63,898 bases of DNA, filler included, from Octopus bimaculoides (GCF_001194135.2; 4 parts of 4 records of this genome joined end to end with filler, not necessarily neighbours in it); one strand, 5' to 3'. Numbered from the whole stretch's first letter, positions 38,560 to 51,299 are shown. Numbers and translations are program-made. The notes: generated by a model from the sequence alone, not told the origin.

Positions 38560-38830
38560 CGCGTGCGTGTGTGTGTGTGTGCGTGTGTGTGTGTTTCTTT
38601 GTGTCTGTGTTTCTCCTCCACCACCACCACCATCACCACCACCAGACAGCCGGTGTTGGTGTGTTTACGTCCCCGTAACCTTGCGGTTCAACTAAAGCGA
38701 CCCTATAGAATAAGTAGTAGGCATTGAAATGAAAGTCCTGGGGTCGATTTGTTCGACTAAAACCCTTCAAGGCGGTGCCCCAGCATGGTCACAGTCAAAT
38801 GACTGGAGCAAGTAATAGGTAAAAGGAAAA
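38440..38830 (+). mobile_element. SINE family A, 5'-truncated
   Basis: gatttggaaggcggaaactgaaagaa...gtttacgtccccgtaac...ggcggtgccccagcatgg. Confidence 0.9.
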
Positions 38831-38979
38831 GATATATAATAAATGTAAGTTATACAAAAAATACAGAAGTTGTGGCATAGAAATATATGTGATTATAATA
38901 GAATATTTTATTTTCCTTGTATATCATGTGATAAGTTATCTGATTATTACAACTGGAACTGAAACCACCATTCGTTTCT

Positions 38980-39003
38980 ATACTACTACTACTACTACTG
39001 CAG

Positions 39004-39079
<76 letters not shown>

Positions 39080-39080
39080 C
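38980..39080. repeat. (CTA)n microsatellite
   Basis: Seen directly. Confidence 0.98.
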
Positions 39081-40004
39081 CCTTCACCACCATCACCACT
39101 GCTACCACCACAACTTGGTCGTTTTAACCAAAGCTACTCTGATACAACGAAACGAGTCAAATCTCCGACTGAGAATAAATTCCTTCCCCCTCTCGAATAG
39201 CTCCCGTTAAGACACGCGGGCACTGCACTCCCTTCTGTGACTTAGTCATTCAAAATAATAGCGAAGGTTGTTGTCCGTTCCTTCCATTTGCTTACGTGAC
39301 ACAGAGTGTCTTAGTGTCCAATGTCTCTATCGCTCAGTAGCCGCTGTTTCTCTCCATCTCTCTCTCTCTCCCTTCCTCTACCTCCCTTTCTCCATTCTCT
39401 TCTCTCTCTCTCTCTCTATCTGTCTGTCTCTCTGTCTCTCTTTCTCATTCTCTTTCTTTGCATTTGTTCCGTCATATGTTCCGATGATACTTCTATTTCT
39501 CTACTACAATTTCACTAATCCATATGTGTACTTTCCTCCAGCTGTAACTTCCACCTTTGTTTCTGTTCTCTCACCCTTCCTCTCTAACAGCCTCTGAACA
39601 CTCAGGCATACGTATATGCACGCACATGAACACACATACACACTCACATACATGCGCATACCAACTGACACCACTTCCACAAACACAAGCGAATCTCGCA
39701 TACACAGATTATATGTATAAATAAATGTGTGTATGTATGTATTCATGTATGTATGTACATACATCTATACATCATATATAAATATATATTTATGTACACA
39801 TAGATACATATACATATGCATACATACATAGATACAGCATACATGCATACATACATACATACATGTATATATATGTATATATGCCACTCATATATACACG
39901 CACGCATATGTACATCTATATATGTGTATGTGCATATACAACAGACAGGCATATACACACACATGTATGTGTACACACACACACACATACACATGCATAC
40001 ACAC

Positions 40005-40044
<40 letters not shown>

Positions 40045-40811
40045 ACATACACTATTGTGTATATTAGAACTAATCCTCCAACATTCTCGAACATGTTCAG
40101 ACCACACCACATTACATTTTAATAAACCGCGTGTGCGTGATGTAGAGAAAGAAATTTAATCTCATTCAGCCCGTCTAAAGCAGTATTTATATTTTATATT
40201 ACCAATTCGAAAGCTGATAGTTAAATTCTACACAAAACACTGTTAAACTATTGTCCGACTACTGTAAACACTTTATATTCACAGGTACCAAATCATCGCC
40301 CTCGGTCGTGCCGAAAATATTAAGCAATCTATAAAACTTGTTTGTTTAATGGGCGGCTGGTTTGACAATTGAGCCGTTGAAATGTATATATTAGCACAGT
40401 CGTAACTAAAATATTCCATATAGTAGCGACAAAGATCTTTTATTATATTGAACTCCCACTGTTATGTTTCACAAATTAGCGGAACTGTTCTCTTATTTTG
40501 ACGTATGTAGTTTAAACGTTTTAGCTAGTCGCAAATCGTTGATCGATAATTTTTAAATTCAAGTACAAAGATCACGAGATCTAGTAAATTATGAAACGTT
40601 TCATAATTTTTTCACCTGTTTTAGAACCATATATGAAATAAATTGAAATCAACCAGAAATTGAAACCATTTCGTGGACTCTATGCTCTTCACCACTAACT
40701 CTGTAGTAAAAGGTTTCATTGGTCTCGGTATAAAGGTATAAAGGTGGGAGTAAGATTACACACACACTCACACAAACATACACACACACACACATACATA
40801 CATACACACAC

Positions 40812-41185
40812 CTAACCGCATGGTTCTGGGTTCAGTCCCCTACGTGGCACCTTGGGCAATTGTATTCTACTGTAACTCCGGGCTGCGTAAAGCCTTGCGA
40901 GTGGATTTAGCAGAAAGAAACTGAAAGAAGACCCCCGTATATATATATATGTGTGTGTGTGTATGTGTGCGTGTGTGTGTTCCTTTGTCCCCCCACCACC
41001 ACTGACAACCGGTGTTGGTTGTTTACGTTCCCATAACTTAAGCGGTTTGGCAACAAAAGAACTGATAGAATAACTATCAGACTTAAAACACAAAACTAAG
41101 TCCTGGAGTGGATTCGTTCGACTAAAATTCTTCAAGGCATTGCCCCAGCATGGGCGTAGTCGAATGACTGAAACAAGTAAAATAT
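40812..41185 (+). mobile_element. SINE family A
   Basis: gggttcagtcccc...ggcaccttgggcaa...ccccagcatgg. Confidence 0.9.
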
Positions 41186-41279
41186 TAAAAAATAGTCTGT
41201 GTGTGCATGCATGTATATATTTCTTCCGTAATCGACAGAATGACATGGATGAACACTGTATTTTATATTAATAATACTG

Positions 41280-41450
41280 GAAAAGGCGACGGGGGTCTGT
41301 CTTAACTTTCTGAGTTCAAATTCCGCCGTGGTCAACTTTGCCTTTCATCCTTTCGGGGTCGATAAATTAAGTACCACTTGCGTTCTGGGGTCAATCTAAT
41401 CGACTGGTTTCCTCCCCAAAAATTTCGGGTCTTGTGCCTTGAGTAGAAAC
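41280..41450 (+). mobile_element. SINE family B
   Basis: gagttcaaattccgccgtggtcaactttgcctttcatcctttcggggtcgataaattaagtacc. Confidence 0.9.
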
Positions 41451-41544
41451 GAATATTTTTGGTGGGGTATAATATTTGCCAGCCTGAGAATCACTGCCGT
41501 GTTTCACAAAACATAAAATCGATCTAAATCACGGCTATATGTTT

Positions 41545-42670
41545 GACCGAGTTAATCTTTTACTTGTTTTAGATATTTGATTGCGGCCATGTTGGGGCAA
41601 CACCTTGAAGATTTTAGTCGAACAAATCAACCACAGGTCTTATTTTCTTTTTAAGCCTGGTTACTTATACTATTGGCTTCTTTTTCCGAACCGCTAAGTT
41701 ACGGGGATGTAGACATATGGCATAGACACATGACATAGACACACGAACACTGATTGTCAAGCGGTGGTAGGGGAACAAACACAGATACAAAGACACACTC
41801 ATAGATATTTGTATACATATATGTGACAATCTTCTTTCAGTTTCTGACTACCAAATCTACTCACAAGGCTTTGGTCGCCCGACGCTATTGTAAAGGACAC
41901 TTGCCCAAGGTGCCACGCAGTGGGACTGAACCCGGTACCATGTGGTTGGGAAGTAAGCTTCTTTATTTCATATAGATTTGCGATACAGGCATTACAGAGA
42001 GGGAACAAACAAGGACAAACATAAAGGGTGAAGAAGCATTTACGTTTTAAAAATGTCAAATAAATCGGATGAAAAAATGAATTGAAATATGCAATAAAAA
42101 TTTTAAATTTTGAATAAGTCATTGCGCTCCGCAATGAGGAGCGTTGAACGAAAGGCGCCCGGCCATCTGGGTAGAACCTTTACTTTTTAACCCGACTTCA
42201 CTTACCTGGTGCCAATCGCACCCAACTTGCTCGCCACAGGCTTCCGTCTTTTCAGAAACATATCTCGTGACAGACACTTCTTCTCCAGCCTAATCTTACT
42301 ACCGAGGTGGTAACTAAAAAAGTCAACCAAGCCCTGGCCAGAGACAAAGGTACCTGTCACTATACCTTTCACACGCGTCTTCCATATTGTTTCTTTCAGT
42401 ATGGCTACTACGCAGAGAAAACAAGCCTTCCTTTCCCTGTTAAGGAAACGTGGTGGCACAATCTCGATGATAGACTCAGCTGATAGCTGTATTCTTCCCA
42501 TCACTGACAACAGTTGTTCGACAAAAACTATCAGTCCCGATAACTCCGGACACGCCACGAATGCGTGCAAGATGGTTTCCCTATCTTGCCCACGTCTCGG
42601 GCATGTCGGTGAGACGGCACTTGCGTGCCTTGGGAAGTAAGAAGCTTCTTACCACACAGTCACACCCGCG
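41545..42670 (-). mobile_element. SINE family A split by the Tx1-like insertion
   Basis: Body at 41545-41963; the remainder of the head (accacacagtcacacccgcg) resumes at 42651. Confidence 0.9.
41964..42629 (-). mobile_element. 5'-truncated L1/Tx1-like LINE inserted in a SINE head
   Basis: Open frame 42202 to about 42628: ...CPRRGQDRETILHAFVACPEL...ILKETIWKTR..., a decayed C-x2-C-x7-H-x4-C knuckle typical of Tx1 ORF2 ends. T-rich 3' UTR. TSD ttgggaagtaagcttctt at 41946-41963 and 42630-42650 (second copy has 3 extra nt). Confidence 0.85.
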
Positions 42671-43237
42671 TCTATGATAAACTGAAAATATATACACAGG
42701 GTAGTTTGAACACAGAACTGAGAAAGTTAGGAGTCAGTAAAGTAATGTACTTTGTCAGGTACTCTAGTTAGGTAACTCTATTGTATTGGTGACTCTCACC
42801 GTCACCATTTACAGCTTTGCATTAGAAATGTGCCCTAGGAGATAAAATAATGGAGCACCAGCTCAAATGTCATGGGTTCGAATATGTTGTGTTTCTTTGT
42901 ATTTCTATGCATGAACCACTATTCTACATTACCTCAATTCACTTAGCTGTCAGCAGTAAATATATCACATGCTCTGGACAAACGTATGACCATCGCATCG
43001 TATCTTTATGTAGAAAATCCTAAAACGCTTCGACAGTAACTTCTCGCAAAATGTGATAAATGTTATTAGAAACATAATATATATTGAGAATTTACAGGAA
43101 GTTGACAAGGCATTCGTCAATTATTAACTATTGCCACCCATGTACGTTTATGAACTGTGCATCTCAATGCTATTCATTTAAAGGTGAATATAAATAAATA
43201 TGCACACACATATATGCATATATGTATACGTACATAC

Positions 43238-43286
<49 letters not shown>

Positions 43287-43534
43287 NNNNNNNNNNNNNN
43301 NNNNNNNNNNNNNNNNNNNNNNNNNNNNNNNNNNNNNNNNNNNNNNNNNNNNNNNNNNNNNNNNNNNNNNNNNNNNNNNNNNNNNNNNNNNNNNNNNNNN
43401 NNNNNNNNNNNNNNNNNNNNNNNNNNNNNNNNNNNNNNNNNNNNNNNNNNNNNNNNNNNNNNNNNNNNNNNNNNNNNNNNNNNNNNNNNNNNNNNNNNNN
43501 NNNNNNNNNNNNNNNNNNNNNNNNNNNNNNNNNN

Positions 43535-43585
<51 letters not shown>

Positions 43586-44469
43586 ATATGTGTTTGTATG
43601 TATATAATGTAGGTATTATATCATAGATGTTTAGTTGAATAATCTTCAGCAGACCTCAAGTAATTGACTTAAGAAACGTTGAGTGTGTTATAGTTTACAA
43701 GCCAAATCATAACGAGTAATGTTCCAGCAGTATCTAAATTATAAAGATATATATGCTTCCCACCTGTTTATTGCATGGTTGATATTACTACTTCGAATGA
43801 AACTATTACCTATAGCATGACAGCTCTTAATTTTAACAAGCATAGCTTAATACACAGGAAACATAAATCTAATAAATACGAATAAAACCGGCTTAAAAGT
43901 ATCGCGAGCAGCTTAACACACTACAAACTGATTATTTCTGTTTAACGATGTGAATGTATATATTTGGCGTAAGTTACAAGTCCACTGCGTGTGGACTTTT
44001 TCTCTTCGAGGCTGATTGTCGCTCGTTGCAGTTGTTGTTGCTGTTGGCGTTTAACCCTAGGTAAGCCCTAATTAATTTGACCTATGATCAAAGGCTACCA
44101 ACAGACACCATTTCTTCTTTTCGTTTTATTACGTCATAGTCACTTGCATAGCCAGAGTGGCCCTTCTGTTTGCCACCCTCGGACCCCACAAGAACACATA
44201 CTGCCAACAGCAGACCTAAATGTTCCATCCCTTTAAAAGTGCCGCCCAGAGCGGATCACCCCTTCGGCCTCCTAGCTACGCTAGTGGTCATGGGGAATCT
44301 AGAAGTATATTATCCAATCATTTTTTAAATTTATATTAGATAGTAGGGTGTGATTTAGGGGAGATTCGGCTGTTTTTCCAAGCAGTTGGAAAAGCAATAT
44401 CGAAACACTGTTTTTCTCAATATTTGATATAATAGAAGTCAGTTAATTTTAATTCAATATATTGTCTCT

Positions 44470-44920
44470 TTGTGGAAGGCTGCGAGCTGGCAGAATCATT
44501 AGCACGCCGGGGAAAATACTTAGCGGCATGTCGTCTGTCTTTAAGTTCTGAGTTCAAATACAGACGGGTCTACTTTGTCTTTCAACCGTTCAGGGTCAAT
44601 AAAATAAGTACCAGTTGAAGAGTGGGACCGAAGTAATCGACTTACCATCTCTCCGCGAACTTGTTAGCCATGTGTCAAAAATTGAAACCAATATATGTAT
44701 TGTGCCTCTGTGGAAGGCAGCGAGCTGGCAGAATCATTAGCATTCGTGATAAAATGCTTAGCGGCATTTCGTTCCGAGTTCAAATGCCGACGGAGTCGAC
44801 TTGGTCTTTCATCCCTTTCGAGTTCGATAGAATAAGTACCAGTTGAACACTAGGGTCGGTATAATCGACTTAACTCTTCTCCCGAAATTGCTGGTCCTGA
44901 GCTAAAATTTGAAACCAATG
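44470..44920 (+). mobile_element. Tandem pair of SINE family B
   Basis: Two consecutive gtggaaggc.gcgagctggcagaatcattagca...gaaaccaat units. Confidence 0.9.
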
Positions 44921-45319
44921 TATTTTGCTTCTATCTCTCTTACTTCCCTCTTTATCTTCCTTTCCATCAAAACAATATCAAGTTTTTAATTTTTCAAAAT
45001 AGCGGTATTTTAATTGGGTATAACCATTTTTTTTTTACATAAGGGAGGAACGCAATCCCCTTGCTTCCTTCCTTATACCAAAAGAAACTATAGATATGTC
45101 TTTTATTTTTTTTTTTGTATGGTAGACAAGCACTGCTCTTATGAGAAACGAAGCCGCCTTACAACAAAAGAAATCTGAAACCAGTTATGGCCATGGACTG
45201 CTTCCCTCTAAGGAGACAAGCAAAGCCTAAAAATGTCTCGCTCAAGAGACGGCTAAATTTCCACTGGAAATTCAATTAAGTATAATTCCTGTTTTGTCAT
45301 TTAAAATTTATGAAGCCAC

Positions 45320-45625
45320 GCGCGAGTGATTAGGTTATTTGGCTCATGATTGTAAGGTCATCAGTTCGATTCCCGGTGGCGCGTTGTGTCCTTGAGTAAG
45401 ACGTTTTAATTCACGTTGCTCCGATCCACTCAGTTAGCAAAAATGAGTAGTACCTGTATTTCTCAATACCCAACCTTGTCATATTGTGTGTCTCGCTGAA
45501 TCTCCCTGAGAACTGCATTAAGGGTATGCGTGTCTATGGAGTGCTCAACCACTTGCACGTTAATTTCATGAGCAGGCTGTTTCTATGATCGGTTCAACTG
45601 GAACATTCGTCGTCGTAACCGACGA
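45320..45625 (+). mobile_element. SINE family C with tRNA head
   Basis: agttcgattcccgg B box, CORE-like tgtgtccttgagtaagac, and the same tail as 13211. Confidence 0.85.
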
Positions 45626-45665
45626 AATGTCGTTTAGTTTATTTACAGAAAATTGACTTCAAAGC

Positions 45666-45740
<75 letters not shown>

Positions 45741-46745
45741 ACACACGCACATACATATGCTGCCTGCATGCATGAAAAATGAATCTGTTTTCATCCCATG
45801 TGCACTATCATACGTTTTGGCAGGAGGGTACAGCCTATAAAATCGGCCTCAGTACGTGACCAGGGTCGATTAGAGGTGTCAGCTACGGAGTTTGTCAGAA
45901 AACATTATCAAAATGAATATATAATAAAAATTATAGGAAACAAAATTTTTGAATAGATTGTGAAGGCGGCGACTTGGCAGAGTCAGTAGAGCTTAGATAG
46001 ACTGTCTTGCAATATTAGATCTATCTCTCTGCTCTCTTGGTTCAAATTACATCGGGGACGGATTTGTCTTTCCTTATTTTGGGGGGTCGATAAATATAGT
46101 GCTAGACCAGAGCTGTTGATTGGCAGAATTGCTAGTAAAGTCTGACTTCATGTCTTGAAGTAACTGCTGCAAACTCTTTGCATTCTGACGGCAACACTCG
46201 AGACGATTCTGGTGCTTAATTGCATCAGCCCTTTCTTGGAATGACTTGCATGCGTAGCTAACTATTGGTCTTCTATTATGTGTGGGTAATGTCACACGAA
46301 ACAGTGTTAAATGAAAAATATTCGTATAAAGTCATATTTAATACATTCGAGTGTATTTGGACATGATAAGACCTTTCACTGCAGACTTTTGCGAGAAAGA
46401 ATCCTCCACCTAGACACATTAGAAAACACACATTAGAGGGAGGGAAACTATGATAACGTCATTAGAACCTACGATGCATATGGCTTCTACGCCGTTCCGT
46501 CTTGTCAGCTGCGAAAACAGTCTGCGAACATACACACACACATTATACATACATACAAACATATGTATGTATGTATACATACAAGAGAGTCAGGAACGGA
46601 AAACAGTAAATAAAGACTACATATGTTTCATAGCTAAACAATGTTTCAGTCCTGTATTTAAAAGATGAGGAATTATGTACATTGTTTACATTATTTACAT
46701 TATTTACATTCGACGGATATTTGTCCTTATATGGTTTGTTGTTAA

Positions 46746-46788
46746 CATGTTTCGGCTGATATGCCCTCCAGCCTTCATCAGGTGCCTT
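46746..46788 (-). ncRNA. Degenerate hammerhead-like motif (left arm)
   Basis: ggcac CTGATGA a ggctg-gagggcatat-cagcc GAAAC atgtt. Core and stem II intact; the 3' strand of stem I is damaged by a short deletion. Confidence 0.5.
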
Positions 46789-47140
46789 GTTATTATTATT
46801 ATTATTATTATTCAGGTCACTGCTTGGAATCGAACTGGGAATCTTGGGGTTAGTAGCCCGCGCTGTTTACCACTACGCCATATAACTGTGGGCACTTATG
46901 GAGTGAATTTTAGGGCTTATAAATCTAAGGAAAGATAGGAAAATATTAGATTTATAAGCCCTAAAATTCACTCCATAATTGCCCACGGGCATATGACGTA
47001 GTGGTTAAGAACGCCATATTCCGAGTTCGATTCCAAGCAGTGGCCAGAATTATAATAATAATAATATTAATAATAATAATGATAATAATAACATTTAAAA
47101 ATACTTTATGAATGAGAGCCCAGGTTCGAAATTTCCCCAA

Positions 47141-47186
47141 GACACCTGATGAAGGCTGGAGGGTATATCAGCTGAAAAGTTGTGTT
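47141..47186 (+). ncRNA. Degenerate minimal type I hammerhead-like motif
   Basis: gacac CTGATGA a ggctg-gagggtatat-cagct GAAA a GTT gtgtt. Stem I gacac/gtgtt, stem II ggctg/cagct. The C after GAAA is A here, so this copy is probably inactive. Confidence 0.6.
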
Positions 47187-47514
47187 AACAACAAACAAGA
47201 TGAAGACAAATATCCATCAAATGTAAATAATGTAAACAATGTTTGTTACATAACATTGTTTTTCTATGAATCATATGTTTAGTTTTTCCATTCTTGGGTT
47301 TCTATTCGCATATTTAACAATTATGGTTACTAAACAGTGAGCTGTATAGTGACTCTCAGCTTATCGAACTTTCCATTTATTTCAATATAGGACAAAGTGT
47401 ATTACATTTGACGGTTATTAAGCTCTATCGTATATTGTCCATTTTTTGTCAACTGCATTAGCTGTGTGTACGCTTGAAGCCTACTAACTTTCTATGCCAG
47501 AATTTTTCGGATCG

Positions 47515-47585
<71 letters not shown>

Positions 47586-47655
47586 CATGTATTTATATAT
47601 ATACATACACACGTATAAATATACATACATACATATGTGTGTTATGTGTGTGTGT

Positions 47656-47714
<59 letters not shown>

Positions 47715-49130
47715 TGTGACAGCAATAACTGCTCAGTTCTGCGCCTTGGAGAAGAACTTTCCTCGTGCACATTCATAGTTTCACAAAACATAGGTTGGAA
47801 AGGCCCCAAGATGTTATAACCGGTATGTATAGCTGTATGTGTTTGTGTGACAGGGAGTTAGTTAATACACATATCAATGAAAATAGTCTTCCGTATGCAG
47901 TCTGCTTTATGATATTTCAAGACATCACTCAATATTTTTATGTCGTTTACGAAAAGGCCTGATTGTTACGTTATTTCATCGATCGCAGGAGTACAAAAGA
48001 CAAACTCGGCCTGAAAATGTAAAAGAGACGTGAACCAGAGATACCACAAGGAATTTAATCACATTCGACGACCTGCCCATTCTGTCAATTACCCGCCCTT
48101 ATACGAATAACAATCATAAGTGCACTTACCACTATTAAAAAGTATGTGCGGGTAGTGTTATATAACAGAGGCTGTGAAGAATAAATAGGATGAAATCAAA
48201 GCTAATGAGAACAGATGGCCTGCAGTTTTAATTTCCTTTGATATTTAGAATTATTATATTAACGAGTTCTTTTTCGTTGTTGTTACCGCAACTTCCACTC
48301 CCATTTCTTATTCTTTCATTCTTTTCATTCTTCCTACATTGTCTTCGTTCCTTTTTTTCTTCATTTTTTTCTTTACTTCCTTTCTTCATCCCTTTTTCTG
48401 TTTTATCCTCCCCTTTCTCTCTTTTTCTCTTTCATTTGATATTTTGCTTTCTTTTCTGTTTCCTACTCCTCATGTAACGTATCTTTTCTCCTGACGTACA
48501 TTCAGAAGCCTATAATTGGCAGAATTGGTAGTGGTGGTGGTGGTAGTAATAATGATGGTAGCAGTGCTCGTCGGCTGTGGTAGTGGTTGTGGTGCTTGTG
48601 GTAATGGCAGTGATATTAGACTTCTCTATTGTATATGAGGTAGTTGTTACAGTGGTATTAGCCTTGGCTGTGATGAAAAAAAAAACGAGGATGTTACTAC
48701 TGAAAGCTGTGTCCTTGTTACACATTGAATGAAGGTGGTATTAATAGTGTTATTTTCGCTGTTGTTTATGCTGTTTTGCCCCGAATCGAAGATACCTATA
48801 ATCAAGCACATACCATCTGCGAAAATCCTGTCTATTATTTAAGACATATTGTATTTGCACAAAGTTTTCCATTGAGTTTCCACTTTTTAAGACGTTTGAA
48901 TGAAATTTGAAGGTGTTTTGACTCCTACGTCTAGCATATCTTTAGTAGCCGAGTTGGAGTGATTAAAATCAATTATGGCGGTATTGGTGATAATACAGGT
49001 TGTGGGCATGGCTTATCTGAAATAAATTTATTGTAACTAATTAATTCAGAACTAATTACGTGTATGTGTTTATAACATTTATATGTGTACATGTATACAT
49101 ACACACACAGTATGTATGTAGTATGTATGT

Positions 49131-49461
49131 CTCTTCTATTTTTTAATTATTATAAATCTCCCACTGAGGAGGGAGCTAGTTTCCAACCAAGAAACGAGGC
49201 TCTCTCTTTGAGATGTAGTTAACACAGACAAATTCACATTTGGAACTTGAGAAAAGTCTTGCATATTTTTACTGTCCCCTCACAGATTGCACTTGTAAAG
49301 TACGAATCAGCCGGTTAGTTTGTCTATCTGAAAATCCCAGTTTATCCAGATTCTCCTTTAAGCATTTACTAACAAAACTTAGTGCTCCAATTATTATTGC
49401 TATGAATATGACTTCATAGTCTGGATATAGAAGCTGGAGGTTTCGAAACAGTTGTCCATAG
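49131..49461 (-). mobile_element. RLE-type (R4-like) LINE 3' end embedded in (ACAT)n, second subfamily
   Basis: YGQLFRNLQLLYPDYEVIFIAIIIGALSFVSKCLKENLDKLGFSDRQTNRLIRTLQVQSVR, then after a 1-nt frameshift TVKICKTFLKFQM*. The 3' UTR shares a gagc-gtttc-aacc-aga motif with the 37185 copy. (TATG)n on both flanks. Confidence 0.85.
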
Positions 49462-49636
<175 letters not shown>

Positions 49637-49854
49637 TAATGCAGATAACTGAGCAAAAACAGTTGTTGAAAATAAAGTTAATCCACAACAGTTGACTGAA
49701 GAGACAATCGAAGTAACAGTTGCTCGAATAAAAAAAATTAGTGGAGTCGTAGCAAATATCAAAAATAAAGTTATAGACTCACTTTTTACTACAATATCAA
49801 TTTATTTTTCTGATCAAAGTGTAGAAACAGGAATAGTCATAATAGTTCTGTGTA

Positions 49855-50365
49855 CCTGACAAGTTCATTATGCAGAATATTCTCAACTCTCTTACGGGAT
49901 ATGCTGATAGCATGGGTTATTTGATGTATAGTGAATAACCCGTAATCCATCACCATGTGGTGAACATGATCAATGTTTTCCTTGGTGGTGGCAGGTGCAG
50001 GACATCCAAACCTTGGGTCATCTTCAAGACTCTCTCTTCCCCTCCTTAATTCAGCTTCCCAATATTGCACAATTGACAAAGCTGGAATCATCCCCTAATG
50101 TAGCAACCATATCAGCATGAATATCCTTGGGGGTTAAACCATTTTTCTGCAGGTCCTTGATAACACCATGGTGACAAATTTTGTTCATTTTCAAGAGAAG
50201 TCGATACTAGTTACTTTTGAAGTCTTCTTTGAACTGTCAGATATCAGTTTACCTGAAAAAACTCGGCAATTATTAATAAAAAATAGCTGAAGTTAATGCA
50301 TACAAGATTTCACAGCTCTAGTACCACTCCGGCATAGAGCCTGTGAACTTTTCAGCCCACCCTCG
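49855..50365 (-). mobile_element. 5' fragment of a second mariner family
   Basis: TIR TA|cgagggtgggctgaaaagttcacaggc; ATG at 50188; frameshifted HTH MNKICHHGVIKDLQKNGLTPKDIHADMVATLG / WEAELRRGRESLEDDPRFGCP...VENILHNEL. Confidence 0.9.
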
Positions 50366-50399
50366 TATTTCGTACGACAGTATTTGGGGGCCCGTGAGT

Positions 50400-51250
50400 C
50401 TATCGATGTTGTTGCTATTTCTGCATGTATATGTGCTTTGTTTTCTGTTTTTGCTCATGGTGGGTGAGGGAGTCAGTAATTTTAGAATACTGCTGTAGTA
50501 GTGTCCTGGAGTTTTGTAAATGTCTCTGGGTATTTGGAGGTTATCTTGCATATGGTGCAGTAAATTTAGTTGTTGTGGTGGTGTGGGTTGGCAGAAAATA
50601 AACACTGTGACAATAAACGCTGCTCCTCACACAAAGCCAGGTGATTTTTCATCTTTAGTACTTTTTATTTCGTTGTCCAGCTGGTCAGTGTATGACATAT
50701 ATTAATGTATGTACGTAGCTTATTGTGGCTTATTCTGGAAAGAGTGGTGGTCCGGGTAGGACTGATTTAGTCCCTATAGGACCCAATACATTATCTGGAC
50801 ATCATTGTTGATTCAGTCTCTTATCCAAATGTAGTACCTGTGATTCTTTACAGAAAGCATGTGCTTTTTTTTTTTAGTCTGTTTACAATACGTTGTGAAT
50901 GTTGTGAGGGTATACAATTTTCTATACATTTGTCTTCTATGTGCGTTGAGTGTATAAAGCTATAAAGTTATTAGATATCCTTATTGATTTTGGGGTGCCT
51001 GATGGAGCCAAAATAGTGCTCTAAGTAATCGGTGCATATTTTCCTTTTGTTCTTGCATTCGTTGAGTGCTTTTAGTTGTGCTGTAGTACTTTATAAAGAC
51101 ATTTACTTGGTGCTATAGTGTTTGTAAATTATTCAGTGTTGTTATCGTTACATATGGACTAGCGGCTCATTTTTATTGTTAGTGGTAGTGGTAGTGATGG
51201 TGCTAGTATATACTGTTTTATGGTTGTCATTCGATATAAATGTTTGCCTG
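50400..51250 (-). mobile_element. Probable decayed Penelope-like (GIY-YIG region) relic
   Basis: Strong A/C-rich minus strand. TVYTSTITT followed by sequence resembling the YVG...RY..H..SF pattern. Heavily broken. Confidence 0.35.
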
Positions 51251-51299
51251 CTTTATCATTTTCATGGTTGAGTTATTTATCTTTTGTTACACTTTTTGT

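Larger units (their letters stand above)
46679..47242. mobile_element. Head-to-head inverted pair (foldback) of a tRNA-box + (TAA)n + hammerhead-like element
   Basis: Arms 46679-46928 and 46946-47242 are reverse complements around a 17-nt spacer; the inner 40 bp have 1 mismatch. Each arm has an A box (TGGCGTAGTGG / TGACGTAGTGG), a B box (AGTTCGATTCC), (TAA)n and CTGATGA...GAAA. Confidence 0.9.
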
